From NCBI RefSeq assembly GCF_000039765.1, contig NC_004460.2, forward strand, positions 1,080,001 to 1,112,000: a DNA stretch of 32,000 bases, given 5' to 3'. Shown here in pieces: positions 1 through 9,451 of the stretch (within the stretch, counting starts at the first letter, position 1; each line of letters begins with the position of its first letter). The translations under genes and the position numbers were made by a program. The notes beneath the pieces are model-generated. The model was not told the origin of the DNA, ran no database searches, and was given only the letters and a program-made list of their open reading frames with translations. Source of the DNA: Vibrio vulnificus CMCP6 (GTDB taxonomy: Bacteria; Pseudomonadota; Gammaproteobacteria; Enterobacterales; Vibrionaceae).

Positions 1-2
1 CA

Positions 3-293
3 TTAACCGACACTTTTGAATTGTATGCGAAGGCAGGGGTAGCCTATTTCAACGCAGAGTTTAAAGTGTCGAATGCTCTGGTAAATGCACCGGGCTACTC
101 TACCCTTTCTGATAGCACTTTAACGGGTATGTATGGTTTAGGTGCTGAACTTAAATTATCACCAACGTTTCATATTCGAGCATCTTGGGACTTCATGCGC
201 CCAGAATTGGATGTCGTGAAAGTTGGCACGGAAAATATCAGTATTGAATCAGACATTAGCGTATTCTCTTTAGGCGCTAGCTATCATTTTTAA
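3..293 (+). CDS. C-terminal part of an outer-membrane beta-barrel (OmpA-like transmembrane domain / porin-family) protein, truncated by window edge
   Basis: Frame is open from base 3 (LTDTFELYAKAGVAYF...); alternating amphipathic strands and terminal SLGASYHF with C-terminal Phe typical of OM barrels. Confidence 0.75.
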   Translation, partial: LTDTFELYAKAGVAYFNAEFKVSNALVNAPGYSTLSDSTLTGMYGLGAELKLSPTFHIRASWDFMRPELDVVKVGTENISIESDISVFSLGASYHF

Positions 294-616
294 AATTTTC
301 CGGAAAATTTCTTGGTGGTAATATCTACCGGTTAAAACGAAAAATTTGGTAGCGTTAATCTGTCAAGTTAAATGTATCTGTGTGTTGGCCTCATCTTTTG
401 GTAAGAAAAATGTGGCCAACATCAGAACGATTATCACTCGTTTTTCTTTTGAGCCTTAGATTAGAATTTTCTATCAGGCTATTCGAACTAAGTCTCTAAT
501 TTACAACCAGATAGCGATAATCTCTTTTCGAGGAACCAAAGCTCGCCCACCATGACAAAACCCAGAGCATTCATTTTTCGCCACAGCTCAACTAACAGCA
601 GGCAATTTACAAGGCG

Positions 617-1630
617 TTACGCAACCACTCTATTGCGTCCTTGGGATTTAGCATCATAAAGATTGGCATCGGCTTGACGATTAATTTCATCGACGCAACT
701 CGATGCATGCGCCTCAGCCAAGCCAATGCTGACCGTCACTGAGATCGCCCCCTCTCGATAGTGAATGGGAGTATCACCAATGTTTTGACGGATGGTTTCC
801 GCAGTCTTTAGGGCATGCTGGTGAGAAACACCCGCTAACAGAATACAGAACTCCTCTCCCCCTTGACGGAACACATTCTCCTCTCCCACCACATGAGCCA
901 TCGTTTTCACCACGGACCGAAGCACGCAGTCTCCTCCGTCGTGGCCGTATTCATCATTGATGGCTTTAAAGTGATCGATATCCAATACCAATAAGAAGAA
1001 GGCTGTTCCTTGAGTTTTCAGCGCTTGGTAGCGATGTTTCAGAGCAAGGCGGTTATTGGTGCCAGTCAGCGGATCGAGCGTGGCCAACTTACTTAACTTG
1101 TTTTCCGTTGACACACGATTGAACTCATACACGTGCGCGATAGCCGCAATACTGAAATAACAAAAGGCGAAGTTGATCATCATCGTCAACATGTCAAAGT
1201 ACTGTTCTAAGTAAAATTGATAGGTGATGTTGACGATTTGAATTAAGAACAAACATGCGGTCGCCGCAAAACCCACTTTGTAGCCCAGCAACAAATAGTA
1301 AACGATTGGCAAAACCAGCGACCAAAAGAACACGCCATTGACCGTTGGCTTGAGGAAGGTGCCAAGAATAACGAGCAACGTAATACACAATGACATAATG
1401 TACTTGTGACCGTTGAATACACTACCCCTATCGATTTGGCGATAAACGTGCCAAGAGTAAAGCGCGTATAAGCCTTCCAACGTACCGTAGATGTAGCTCT
1501 GGCTAATAACAAAGTTACCGATAGCCATCAAGGCAGCCAAGCTTCCGATCCCAAGACTCATGCCTTTGAGCACTTTGAGGCGTAGCGTCAAGCTGCCATC
1601 AAGCTCGTTTATGTCCATATTTCCTTCCAT
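617..1630 (-). CDS. Membrane-anchored diguanylate cyclase (GGDEF domain)
   Basis: 337 aa; several N-terminal hydrophobic helices, then KLATLDPLTGTNNR...VLDIDHFKAINDEYGHDGGD...FRQGGEEFCILLAG, with a GGEEF active-site motif. Start could also be the internal Met five residues in. Confidence 0.93.
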   Translation of the reverse strand: MEGNMDINELDGSLTLRLKVLKGMSLGIGSLAALMAIGNFVISQSYIYGTLEGLYALYSWHVYRQIDRGSVFNGHKYIMSLCITLLVILGTFLKPTVNGVFFWSLVLPIVYYLLLGYKVGFAATACLFLIQIVNITYQFYLEQYFDMLTMMINFAFCYFSIAAIAHVYEFNRVSTENKLSKLATLDPLTGTNNRLALKHRYQALKTQGTAFFLLVLDIDHFKAINDEYGHDGGDCVLRSVVKTMAHVVGEENVFRQGGEEFCILLAGVSHQHALKTAETIRQNIGDTPIHYREGAISVTVSIGLAEAHASSCVDEINRQADANLYDAKSQGRNRVVA

Positions 1631-1694
1631 GGGCTCAATGCTTTAAAACATCACGTATGATAACCTGATTAACTTATTGATAACAAGGACATCA

Positions 1695-2005
1695 ATGCAT
1701 ATGTGCACACGTATATTCAACAACTTAAACGATAAATTTCCAGTGACAGCACGTAATATGGACTGGTATTGGCCCGTCAATACTTACTTCTACGCGTTTC
1801 CCAGAGGTACCGTAAACCGTGGTCTGAGCGCCGAGTCAACGGCCGAATTTTACATCGCACTTTCCGATGCCGAAGGCAACTCAACGGTGATTTGGTGACG
1901 CTGTTTGTCGACGCCCAAGTTTATCTGGTGATCAAAAACAAACCGTACAAAAACACCTGCTCGGAATGCGGCAACTTCTATCACCATGTCTGTGATTTTG
2001 ATTGA
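1695..2005 (+). pseudogene. Remnant of a choloylglycine hydrolase / penicillin V acylase-like Ntn-hydrolase gene (internally deleted and frameshifted)
   Basis: Reading from the ATG at 1701: MCTRIFNNLNDKFPVTARNMDWYW...NTYFYAFPRG, with Cys2, Arg18 and Asp21 at the family spacing; then FYIALSDAEGNSTVIW-stop, with the continuation (LFVDAQVYLVIKNKPYK) in another frame. Full-length homologues are about 300+ aa. Confidence 0.6.
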
Positions 2006-2181
2006 CTTGATCACCATTAGGGGTTGGTTGCGGTGAGGCTTGAAAATAGAGTTGGGGAAAGAAATCATTTAGGACGGGCACAAATTTTAAACAGTCACAA
2101 CAAAAATCGTGACCGAAAATATAAGAAAGGCGTAACAAAATTACGCCCAAGAAGGATTATCCGTCATCTCTCAAGAAGTCA

Positions 2182-2538
2182 ATGACAAAAATTAACCCTT
2201 TCACAAACCATCCCGGATGTGAAATAAAAATACGCCTAATAGTCGAAAACACTAAACGACAAAAAGCGCGAGGGTTCAGAATATTCATATCTGGCTCCGC
2301 ATTTGGATTTAATAAATTTGCCAATCAAGAGCCTGCGATCTATCATCGCTTTGTTCGTATCGACAGATACAGGCAAGCTCGTTGGAAGTGGTTGCCGCCA
2401 CTTTTGATTAGCACCGCTTCAAATCCCGCCTTTGGGTGGGATTTGTCGTTTCTGGAAGAAGAAAGTAGCTACTTATCCCCTTACAGACTTTACGATAATT
2501 ATAATGGCATCGGTTTTCAAGGCACAGTCTCGAGATGA
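2182..2538 (+). other. Uncertain ORF (118 aa), possibly spurious or a degenerate fragment
   Basis: Only an open frame; no recognised domain and lies in a region of weak coding character. Confidence 0.15.
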
Positions 2539-2873
2539 CTTGTGGATAAGTGGCAAAAATACAAAAAACTGTAAGTAGGCACTCACATTATGATGCCTAG
2601 TGCGATAAGCGGTACAAAAGTGCTAATTTTTTGATCGGCTTATTCTTAACCGTAAATAAAAATAATATTGTTGATTTATCAATGTTTTTGTAAGTCAAAG
2701 AATATTGCCAATATGGAATTTCAAACGTAGAAAGAAACGTGATACTTATAAAATCCTATTGCCCATTGTTTTAGCCCCAAAACGCACTGAGAACCACCTT
2801 ACTTCGCCCCCTTCTTCCCTTTTTCACCACTTTCGCAGATACTCTGCGCGTTATTGTTTAGTTGGAAACCCTT

Positions 2874-3488
2874 ATGCCTCAAGCCAATTCCGTTGTCGTA
2901 CTCGACTTTGAAACCACTGGTCTCTCACCGAACTTGGGGGATCGCGCGATTGAAATCGGTGCGGTTAAGATCGTTGATGGTGAGGTGGTCGATAGTTTTC
3001 AACAACTTATGAATCCTGGCTTTCGGGTCAGTTCATTTATTGAAAGCTACACTGGCATCACCAACAACATGCTGCGCAGCGCGCCCAGTTGCGATGAGGT
3101 GATGGCATCTTTTAGCGAGTTTATTGCGGGTGAAAACCTGATTGCGCACAACGCGTCGTTCGATAAACGCTTTCTGGATGCAGAGCTGGAGCGAATCAAC
3201 TGCGACTATTCAGGCGAGTTTGCCTGTTCACTGTTGGTGGCAAGACGGCTGATTCAAGACGCGCCGTCACACAAGCTTGGTGAGTTGGTTCGTTATAAAA
3301 ACATCGACAACGACGGTATATTTCACCGAGCGTTAGCCGATGCTCAAATGACGGCCAAATTGTGGCTACTGATGGTGGAAGAACTAGAGCACTCGGGTAT
3401 CGCCAATCCAAGCTTTCAGTTTATGCAAACCGTGAGTAAAACCACCAAAGGCAAAGTGGCTCAGCTACTGGCAAAAAGCCGCGCATAA
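2874..3488 (+). CDS. 3'-5' exonuclease, DnaQ-like (DEDD superfamily)
   Basis: [24 protein letters not shown] (Exo I), [15 protein letters not shown] (Exo II), [13 protein letters not shown] (Exo III, DEDDh). ATG at 2874 preferred over upstream TTG at 2862. Confidence 0.9.
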   Translation: MPQANSVVVLDFETTGLSPNLGDRAIEIGAVKIVDGEVVDSFQQLMNPGFRVSSFIESYTGITNNMLRSAPSCDEVMASFSEFIAGENLIAHNASFDKRFLDAELERINCDYSGEFACSLLVARRLIQDAPSHKLGELVRYKNIDNDGIFHRALADAQMTAKLWLLMVEELEHSGIANPSFQFMQTVSKTTKGKVAQLLAKSRA

Positions 3489-3496
3489 CGCGCGGC
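3473..3496 (-). terminator. Intrinsic terminator of the minus-strand efflux operon, overlapping the 3' end of the convergent exonuclease gene
   Basis: Perfect 7-bp stem GCCGCGC(3478-3484)/GCGCGGC(3490-3496), 5-nt loop, followed on the minus strand by TTTTT (3477-3473). Confidence 0.75.
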
Positions 3497-3527
3497 GATT
3501 CAAGCTTTCCTTTCCAAGATCCCAGCG

Positions 3528-4220
3528 CTAACTCGGCGCTCTGTCTGAGATCACCTTGCCATCTTTAATGGTGATGATGCGTTTGGTGCGCTCGGCTAAA
3601 GCGTTGTCGTGCGTTACGATGATGAGCGTTCTGCCTTCGGCGTGGAGTTGATTAAACAGCGCCTCAATCTCAGCGCCCGATTTCGAATCCAGCGCGCCCG
3701 TCGGCTCATCGGCAAGAATGATTTGCGGATCGTTCACCAAGGCTCTGGCAATCGCCACCCTCTGTTTTTGGCCACCAGAAAGCTGGTTTGGTTTGTGGTC
3801 TAGCCTATCCCCCAGCCCCACTTGCGCTAACAATTTGGCCGCGCGCTGGCGACGCTCTTTGGCTTTGATGCCAGAGTACACAAGCGGCAAGGCCACGTTA
3901 TCTAGCGCAGTGGCATATTCCAGCAGGTTGAAGCTTTGAAAGACAAAACCGATCTTCTGATTGCGAATACTTGCCAGCTCGTTGGCACTTAAACTAGCAA
4001 CGTTCTGGCCAGCGAGTTGATATTCGCCCTCGGTGGGTTTATCAAGGCAGCCAAGCATGTTCATTAGCGTTGATTTGCCTGAGCCCGACGGCCCCAGAAT
4101 AGACAAAAACTCGCCTTGGTGAATGGTGAGGTCAACGCCATCTAGCGCGCGTACCTCCGCCTCGCCACTGGAGTAAAATTTGCAAATGTTGGTCAGTTCA
4201 ACCAGCGGCGTGTTCGACAT
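3528..4220 (-). CDS. ABC transporter ATP-binding protein, MacB/LolD-type
   Basis: Walker A GPSGSGKS, signature LSGGQKQR, Walker [14 protein letters not shown]-loop VTHD. ATG at 4220 has a GGAGA Shine-Dalgarno; the ORF as tracked extends to a GTG at 4250. Confidence 0.93.
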   Translation of the reverse strand: MSNTPLVELTNICKFYSSGEAEVRALDGVDLTIHQGEFLSILGPSGSGKSTLMNMLGCLDKPTEGEYQLAGQNVASLSANELASIRNQKIGFVFQSFNLLEYATALDNVALPLVYSGIKAKERRQRAAKLLAQVGLGDRLDHKPNQLSGGQKQRVAIARALVNDPQIILADEPTGALDSKSGAEIEALFNQLHAEGRTLIIVTHDNALAERTKRIITIKDGKVISDRAPS

Positions 4221-4242
4221 TTTCTCTCCACAATCTTGCTTA

Positions 4243-5526
4243 TTATTCACTTTGTAACGCCTCCAATGGGCTCACTTTGGCAGCTCGGTTAGCTGGCAAC
4301 CAAGCCGAGGCCACACCGATGATCACCAAGGTGGCGATCACAATCGTCACCACCATCCACGACAGCTCTGGCACAGGCTTGCCAAGATCTTCATAGAAGA
4401 CGTTGCCATCGAGATTGATGGCGCTGATCGCCGAAACCAGCGCGTACGTCACGCCCAAGCCCAGAACGCCGCCGAGCATCATGGTCATTAACGATTGCAC
4501 CAAATAATGCAAACGAATCGCGGTGGGCGTGGCTCCAACGGCCATACGCACGCCAATGTCTCGTGTGGAGCGCTTCACCGTGGCATACATCACGTTGGCA
4601 ATGCCGACACCCGCCACCGCCAGGGTGACGAAACCAATAATGCCAAGGAAGCTTTGCAGGCCAATCAAGAAATGCTGCATGCTTTTTTGTTTGAGGAACA
4701 TGTCATCCACTTGCACCACTTGTTCATCACTCACGCTCGCGCCGTGTTTGCGTGCAATCACTTGGCGAATGGTCTGCGCCAATTGAATGCGATTGGCGTC
4801 CGTTTGTGGCTCGACATTAATGCCGCCAATCTCGCCATTGGCATGGAATCGCTTCCAAGTTGCCAGCGGGACAAAGCTTGAGTAGTTGATCAAATCACCT
4901 TGTTCGATCTCGGCACCGTTCTTTTTCAACACCCCAATCACGGTGAACTCTTCACTGCCAATTTTGACTTTTTGCCCGACAGGGTCGACTTGTAAGGTCA
5001 CCGGTGCGAACCAACTGAAGTCTTCCACAGGGTTGAACAGATCCGCCGCCAAGGAGTAACCCAGCACCACCACTTTGCGCATCTGTTTTTGATCGAGCGG
5101 ATTGAACCAGCGGCCTCCCTCTCTAGGCGCAAGATTGGTCATTGCGGCGAATTCAGTGGTCACGGCTAACGGCTGTTGCCATGAACCGCGGTCACCCACG
5201 GTAATCGGCTCATTCCATCGCGCGGTTGGCGCAACGCTTTTCACCTCTGGCAAGGCTTGAACCACACCCACATCCTCGATTTTCAGGGTCAGAAATTTGC
5301 CTTGATGGAATGCGCCGTGATCGATACTGGCCATCCCACCCGTTAAATAAATCAGGTTGCCGTTGCCATTTTGCGCGGTTCGCAACACGCCCTGACGAAT
5401 GCCTTCCCCCACCGCCAACATCGCCGCAATACACAGCGTTGCCCATGCCACGGCAAGAATGGTCAAGCCCAGTCGCAGCTTCTCTGCGGCCATTTCTTGA
5501 AAGATTTGTCTCGTCGGTAGCAGCAT
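4243..5526 (-). CDS. ABC transporter permease, MacB/FtsX-type (permease A)
   Basis: MLLPTRQIFQEMAAEKLRLGLTILAVAWATLCIAAML...; periplasmic MacB-PCD-like region; C-terminal FtsX helices with ATPTAIRLHYLVQSLMTMMLGG and AAKVSPLEALQSE. ATG at 5526 fits tight spacing to the upstream gene; the 5' extension of the ORF to 5673 overlaps that gene. Confidence 0.9.
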   Translation of the reverse strand: MLLPTRQIFQEMAAEKLRLGLTILAVAWATLCIAAMLAVGEGIRQGVLRTAQNGNGNLIYLTGGMASIDHGAFHQGKFLTLKIEDVGVVQALPEVKSVAPTARWNEPITVGDRGSWQQPLAVTTEFAAMTNLAPREGGRWFNPLDQKQMRKVVVLGYSLAADLFNPVEDFSWFAPVTLQVDPVGQKVKIGSEEFTVIGVLKKNGAEIEQGDLINYSSFVPLATWKRFHANGEIGGINVEPQTDANRIQLAQTIRQVIARKHGASVSDEQVVQVDDMFLKQKSMQHFLIGLQSFLGIIGFVTLAVAGVGIANVMYATVKRSTRDIGVRMAVGATPTAIRLHYLVQSLMTMMLGGVLGLGVTYALVSAISAINLDGNVFYEDLGKPVPELSWMVVTIVIATLVIIGVASAWLPANRAAKVSPLEALQSE

Positions 5527-5528
5527 GG

Positions 5529-6743
5529 TTACGCCCTCGCACTTAACGCAATCAGGGGCGTGAGGCGTGAAGCTCGTCTTGCGGGGAAATACGACGCCAA
5601 CAGCGCCAGAATCAAGGTCACAAGCAAAGACCAGAGAATGGAATCTCCCGTGATCACCGGAAAGCCCAACCAATCAGGCAGGGCGATAGAGCTCAGTAAC
5701 CCCACCACCAAATAGGCCACCAGCAATCCAAGCGCCGTCCCCACCGCCACTAAAAACAGCCCTTCGAGAATAAACTGGCCGAGTATCGATTTTTGCGTCG
5801 CGCCAATGGCCAAACGCACCCCAATTTCTCGCGTGCGTTCCGTCACTGAGAGGAACATGATGTTAGCCACTCCCAAGGCTCCCACCGCCATGGTCATGGC
5901 ACCACTTGCACCAAGGAAGATCTGAATGCCACGGAAAATCGCGGTGATCAGTGCTGCGCCTTCGCTGAAATCGGGCAAGTTGATCGCCTCTTTGTCGCTC
6001 GGGTCAAAGTGCAGTTGCTTAGCGTAAAATTGAACTATCGCTTGTCGGAATGACGCGCCATCCATGCCATCCATCGGCTTGAGCATGATCATCCATGGTT
6101 TGGCATTCCACAAATCGCGGAAGGTGGTTTGCGGAATAAGTACGCTGCGGCTTTCACCAAATGAAATACCCATATCCTCACTGGCGGTAATGCCAATGAT
6201 CAAAAAAGGAATGCCATTCACATTGAGCGTATCACCGATTTGGATTCCCCCCATTTGCGCGATTTGATTCCCCAACACAGCCACACGGCTATGGTTGCGA
6301 ATATCGCTAGGTGACAAATGACGAGAGCCGGGCATCAATTTGAGTTGCAGCAGCGACAAGTAAGAGGAATCAATCCCACTGACGTTACTCATTAAGTTTT
6401 GCCCTCGCTGATTGGTGACTCTGGCGTCCGATTTGGCGTACACACTTGAGGCTGCTTTCACAGAGCCCGATTGTGTGATCATATCGACGTGATCTTGCGA
6501 GAGCTGAATTTGGCGTCGCGAAGGAAGGCCATGCCACGGTTTGCTGGTGCTGGATGGAAAAGCAACTTGCACGTTGTTCACCAGAAATGACAACTGCTGA
6601 GTTTGGTGACGATAAAACCCCTCACCGAGAGCGATCAGCACCACCACGGAGATCACCCCCCAAGCAATGGCAATAATGGCCAACACGCTTTTCATGCGGT
6701 GCGCCATCAACGTTTGCCATGTTTGTTGCAATAACGCGCTCAT
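5529..6743 (-). CDS. ABC transporter permease, MacB/FtsX-type (permease B)
   Basis: MKSVLAIIAIAWGVISVVVLIALGEGF..., TERTREIGVRLAIGATQKSILGQF and PARRASRLTPLIALSARA motifs of MacB-family permeases. Confidence 0.92.
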   Translation of the reverse strand: MSALLQQTWQTLMAHRMKSVLAIIAIAWGVISVVVLIALGEGFYRHQTQQLSFLVNNVQVAFPSSTSKPWHGLPSRRQIQLSQDHVDMITQSGSVKAASSVYAKSDARVTNQRGQNLMSNVSGIDSSYLSLLQLKLMPGSRHLSPSDIRNHSRVAVLGNQIAQMGGIQIGDTLNVNGIPFLIIGITASEDMGISFGESRSVLIPQTTFRDLWNAKPWMIMLKPMDGMDGASFRQAIVQFYAKQLHFDPSDKEAINLPDFSEGAALITAIFRGIQIFLGASGAMTMAVGALGVANIMFLSVTERTREIGVRLAIGATQKSILGQFILEGLFLVAVGTALGLLVAYLVVGLLSSIALPDWLGFPVITGDSILWSLLVTLILALLASYFPARRASRLTPLIALSARA

Positions 6744-8011
6744 GAATGAAAAGCTCGGGAGATGAGGACCATGATGTCGTCATCGAGCTTACCCGCGGTT
6801 TGCAGCAATGCAATTCGCTGACGCCAGTAGTTATACAAGTTGGTTTGCAGGCTGTGTTTGGCCTCAAACAAGCTGTTGTGCGCGCTGATCACATCGGAAA
6901 CTTCCAGCAAACCTGCATCATAGAGTTTCTCTTTGCTGGCCAATACGTTACCACGCGACGCCACCAGCTCGTTGGCGATCAACACTTGGTTCCAGTTGAT
7001 CTCAACCTGAGTAAACTGCTGAATCACGCGCTTTTGGATGTCGATTTCGACTCGGCGCATCTCTTGTTTGGCACTCAAAATGTTCAACGACGCTTCATCA
7101 ACTTTGCTCCTCACCGAGCCGTTGAGATCAATCGGCACACTCAACGTCAGGCCCGCATTAAACTCGCCGTTGGAGCGTTGATCACCATCGCTGTAACCCA
7201 CACTGCCTCTGAGGGTCGGGTAATAGCCCCCTTTGGCGGACTGCTTTGCGAACTCACTGGCTTTGACCATTTGCGCCGCCACCAGCAGCTCTGGGCTGCT
7301 GTCTTTGGCTAATTTGAGCCACTGCGCCTGAGAGGTCACCAGCATCGGCGGTTGAATCAAAGTGTCGGTGCGAATTTGATCCACGCTGTCTGGCACTTGG
7401 TTGATCAGCGCCGCCAGCTCCGCTCTTTTCACTTCAAGATCCGCTTGGGCATTGAGAATCGTCGCTTGCTCAGAGACTTGTGTCGCGCGCATCTCTTCCA
7501 CATCCACCGATTTGACCTTACCCGCTTGATAACGCTTCTCGATGATTTGCAACAGTTTGTTGCCCTCATCCAGCTTGGTTTGCGCCAATACTAGGTCACC
7601 TTGTGCGCTGGCGAGATCCAAATAGGCAGCGAGCAGTTTCTGCGCGAGTTCGTTGTGTGCTTGAGACAGTTCCAGCTCCGATTTGAGGTAGTTGGCTTTT
7701 GCTTGATCTAAGCTCGACCACAAACTGCTGTCCCAAATGGTTTGCGATAAGGTGGCCCCATAACTGTTGGAACTGTCGGCCGATTCACTCCAATTGAGTG
7801 AGGCGCTGGCACTGAGATCCGGCAACAACGCGCTACGGCTGCTGTCCACGCCCGCTTGGCCCAGTTGCACACCTATCTTGGCTTTTTCGTAATTCGGATC
7901 ATTTTGCTTAGCTTGCTGCCACGCTTGCTCAATGGAGATGGCATGGCTGGGCAAACTCAGCGTCGCCGCCAACACGGCCAAGCCGATTTTCGATAAGTGC
8001 TTGTTAACCAT
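6740..8011 (-). CDS. TolC-family outer membrane efflux protein
   Basis: Signal peptide MVNKHLSKIGLAVLAATLSLPSHA, long coiled-coil repeats (AQNELAQKLLAAYLDLASAQGDL...), two OEP repeats. Confidence 0.9.
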   Translation of the reverse strand: MVNKHLSKIGLAVLAATLSLPSHAISIEQAWQQAKQNDPNYEKAKIGVQLGQAGVDSSRSALLPDLSASASLNWSESADSSNSYGATLSQTIWDSSLWSSLDQAKANYLKSELELSQAHNELAQKLLAAYLDLASAQGDLVLAQTKLDEGNKLLQIIEKRYQAGKVKSVDVEEMRATQVSEQATILNAQADLEVKRAELAALINQVPDSVDQIRTDTLIQPPMLVTSQAQWLKLAKDSSPELLVAAQMVKASEFAKQSAKGGYYPTLRGSVGYSDGDQRSNGEFNAGLTLSVPIDLNGSVRSKVDEASLNILSAKQEMRRVEIDIQKRVIQQFTQVEINWNQVLIANELVASRGNVLASKEKLYDAGLLEVSDVISAHNSLFEAKHSLQTNLYNYWRQRIALLQTAGKLDDDIMVLISRAFHS

Positions 8012-9140
8012 GCGCGCCTCCCATCACCATGCTGTTGTCGATGATTTCTTCATCCAACGTCACGCCATCCAACACTTCAACGTTAATACCGTCAGAGAGC
8101 CCCAACTGCACTGGCTGCGCGTGGAAACCTTGCTCAGAGCTATCTGGGATCAGCACATGCGGCGCATCGCCTTCAAACTGCAATGCGCGCTCTGGCAGCG
8201 TTAAGACGTTTTCAGATTTCTTCAACGTGATTTTCGCCGTTGACGAGAACCCCGAGCGCAGCAGTACTTCGCTCGGAATGTTGAGCTGCCCTACTTCAAC
8301 TTCAAAACCGTTATCAAAACTCTTGGCAGAGGCATTACCTCCTGGGGAGTTAAGATTCTCTGATTGAATCGCCACTTTGGTGAGCACACCAGAAATCGCC
8401 ACATCAGGATAGGGAGCAACGGTGAGCAGAACGGGCATCCCTGGGGAGAGCTGCGCCGCATCATGCTCACTGACGCTGCCTTTAAAGATCAAATTATTCA
8501 TGTCGGCTAACGACATCATTTCCGTCGCAGCCTGACTCGATTGCGTGGAAATGATCGGCTCGCCAACTTCCACTTTTTGATTAAGCACCGTGCCATCAAT
8601 GGGCGCGTAGATCGTGGAGGTTAAGCGCGCATCACCGATAGAGGCTTCACCACTGCGGATCAGTTCGAGGTTTTGCCGTTTTTGCAGCACATCCGCTTGG
8701 GCAGATTTGACCGTCGAGCGCGCACTGACGTACTCATCGTAGTTCTTCGGGATGATATTTTGCTTCACCAAACTTTCTAGGTTGGTGAGTTTTTGCTTGG
8801 CGGATTCGAAATCGGCTTCGCTGCGCATTAGCGCCGCCGAGGCATCCGTCAGAGCTTGAGGAGTCGGATTTGGGCGCACCTTGATCAGCGGCTGACCTTG
8901 TGTGACCTTTTCACCCACTTTTGCGTAGATTTCCCCGACGATACCATCAATTTGCGACTTGATAGACACAGAATGAGCTGGAACAATTTTGCCGACAGCC
9001 ACCGCCTGCTTTTCAATGGTGCCCGTTGTGACCACAAGCGTGGGAAAAGCGTCCGGCTCCGCCGAAGATTGCAGATAGAAATACGCACCACCACCGAGCA
9101 GCGCAACGCTCACAGCAGAGACAAGCCAACGTTTCGTCAT
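8004..9140 (-). CDS. Periplasmic adaptor (HlyD/MacA family membrane fusion protein)
   Basis: TGTIEKQAVAVGKIVPAHSVSIKSQIDGIVGEIYAKVGEKVTQGQPL (lipoyl half), STIYAPIDGTVLNQKVEVGEPI; N-terminal single TM. MTKRWLV start at 9140, alternative start 9155. Confidence 0.92.
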   Translation of the reverse strand: MTKRWLVSAVSVALLGGGAYFYLQSSAEPDAFPTLVVTTGTIEKQAVAVGKIVPAHSVSIKSQIDGIVGEIYAKVGEKVTQGQPLIKVRPNPTPQALTDASAALMRSEADFESAKQKLTNLESLVKQNIIPKNYDEYVSARSTVKSAQADVLQKRQNLELIRSGEASIGDARLTSTIYAPIDGTVLNQKVEVGEPIISTQSSQAATEMMSLADMNNLIFKGSVSEHDAAQLSPGMPVLLTVAPYPDVAISGVLTKVAIQSENLNSPGGNASAKSFDNGFEVEVGQLNIPSEVLLRSGFSSTAKITLKKSENVLTLPERALQFEGDAPHVLIPDSSEQGFHAQPVQLGLSDGINVEVLDGVTLDEEIIDNSMVMGGAHG

Positions 9141-9451
9141 TATGATTCCAGCCATTATTGGGTAGTCGCATGACTACGCCTCACATACAAAGTTGCTGGA
9201 ATCATATCGGCTTTAATGTCTGGACGTTGTCAGATTTGGTATTGCTATGTCAGATGGAATTGACAAAAACTTATGCGGAAAAGTCATGAAATCCATTGCA
9301 ACTGCGGATAAAAAAGCAAATTACAGGTGCAATGGCAACATTCAGCTTGGCCAATCAACATCGGCAATATCGCCTCCCACATTGATTGAGATAGTAATTT
9401 GCCAAAAAACGCGCATAATTTTGCTATCAACACTCAAAGAAGAAATGACTT

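Noticed and set aside
2129-2147. Hairpin GGCGTAA-CAAAA-TTACGCC
   Set aside because: Seven-bp stem without a good T-run or adjacent gene end on either strand; insufficient to call a terminator or RNA element.
1850-2150. Two overlapping short minus-strand ORFs
   Set aside because: Opposite the hydrolase remnant and non-coding stretch; no motif or start context support.
5526-5673. 5' extension of the permease A ORF
   Set aside because: The extension overlaps the permease B gene and lacks permease-like sequence; MLLPTRQIF at 5526 is the natural start.
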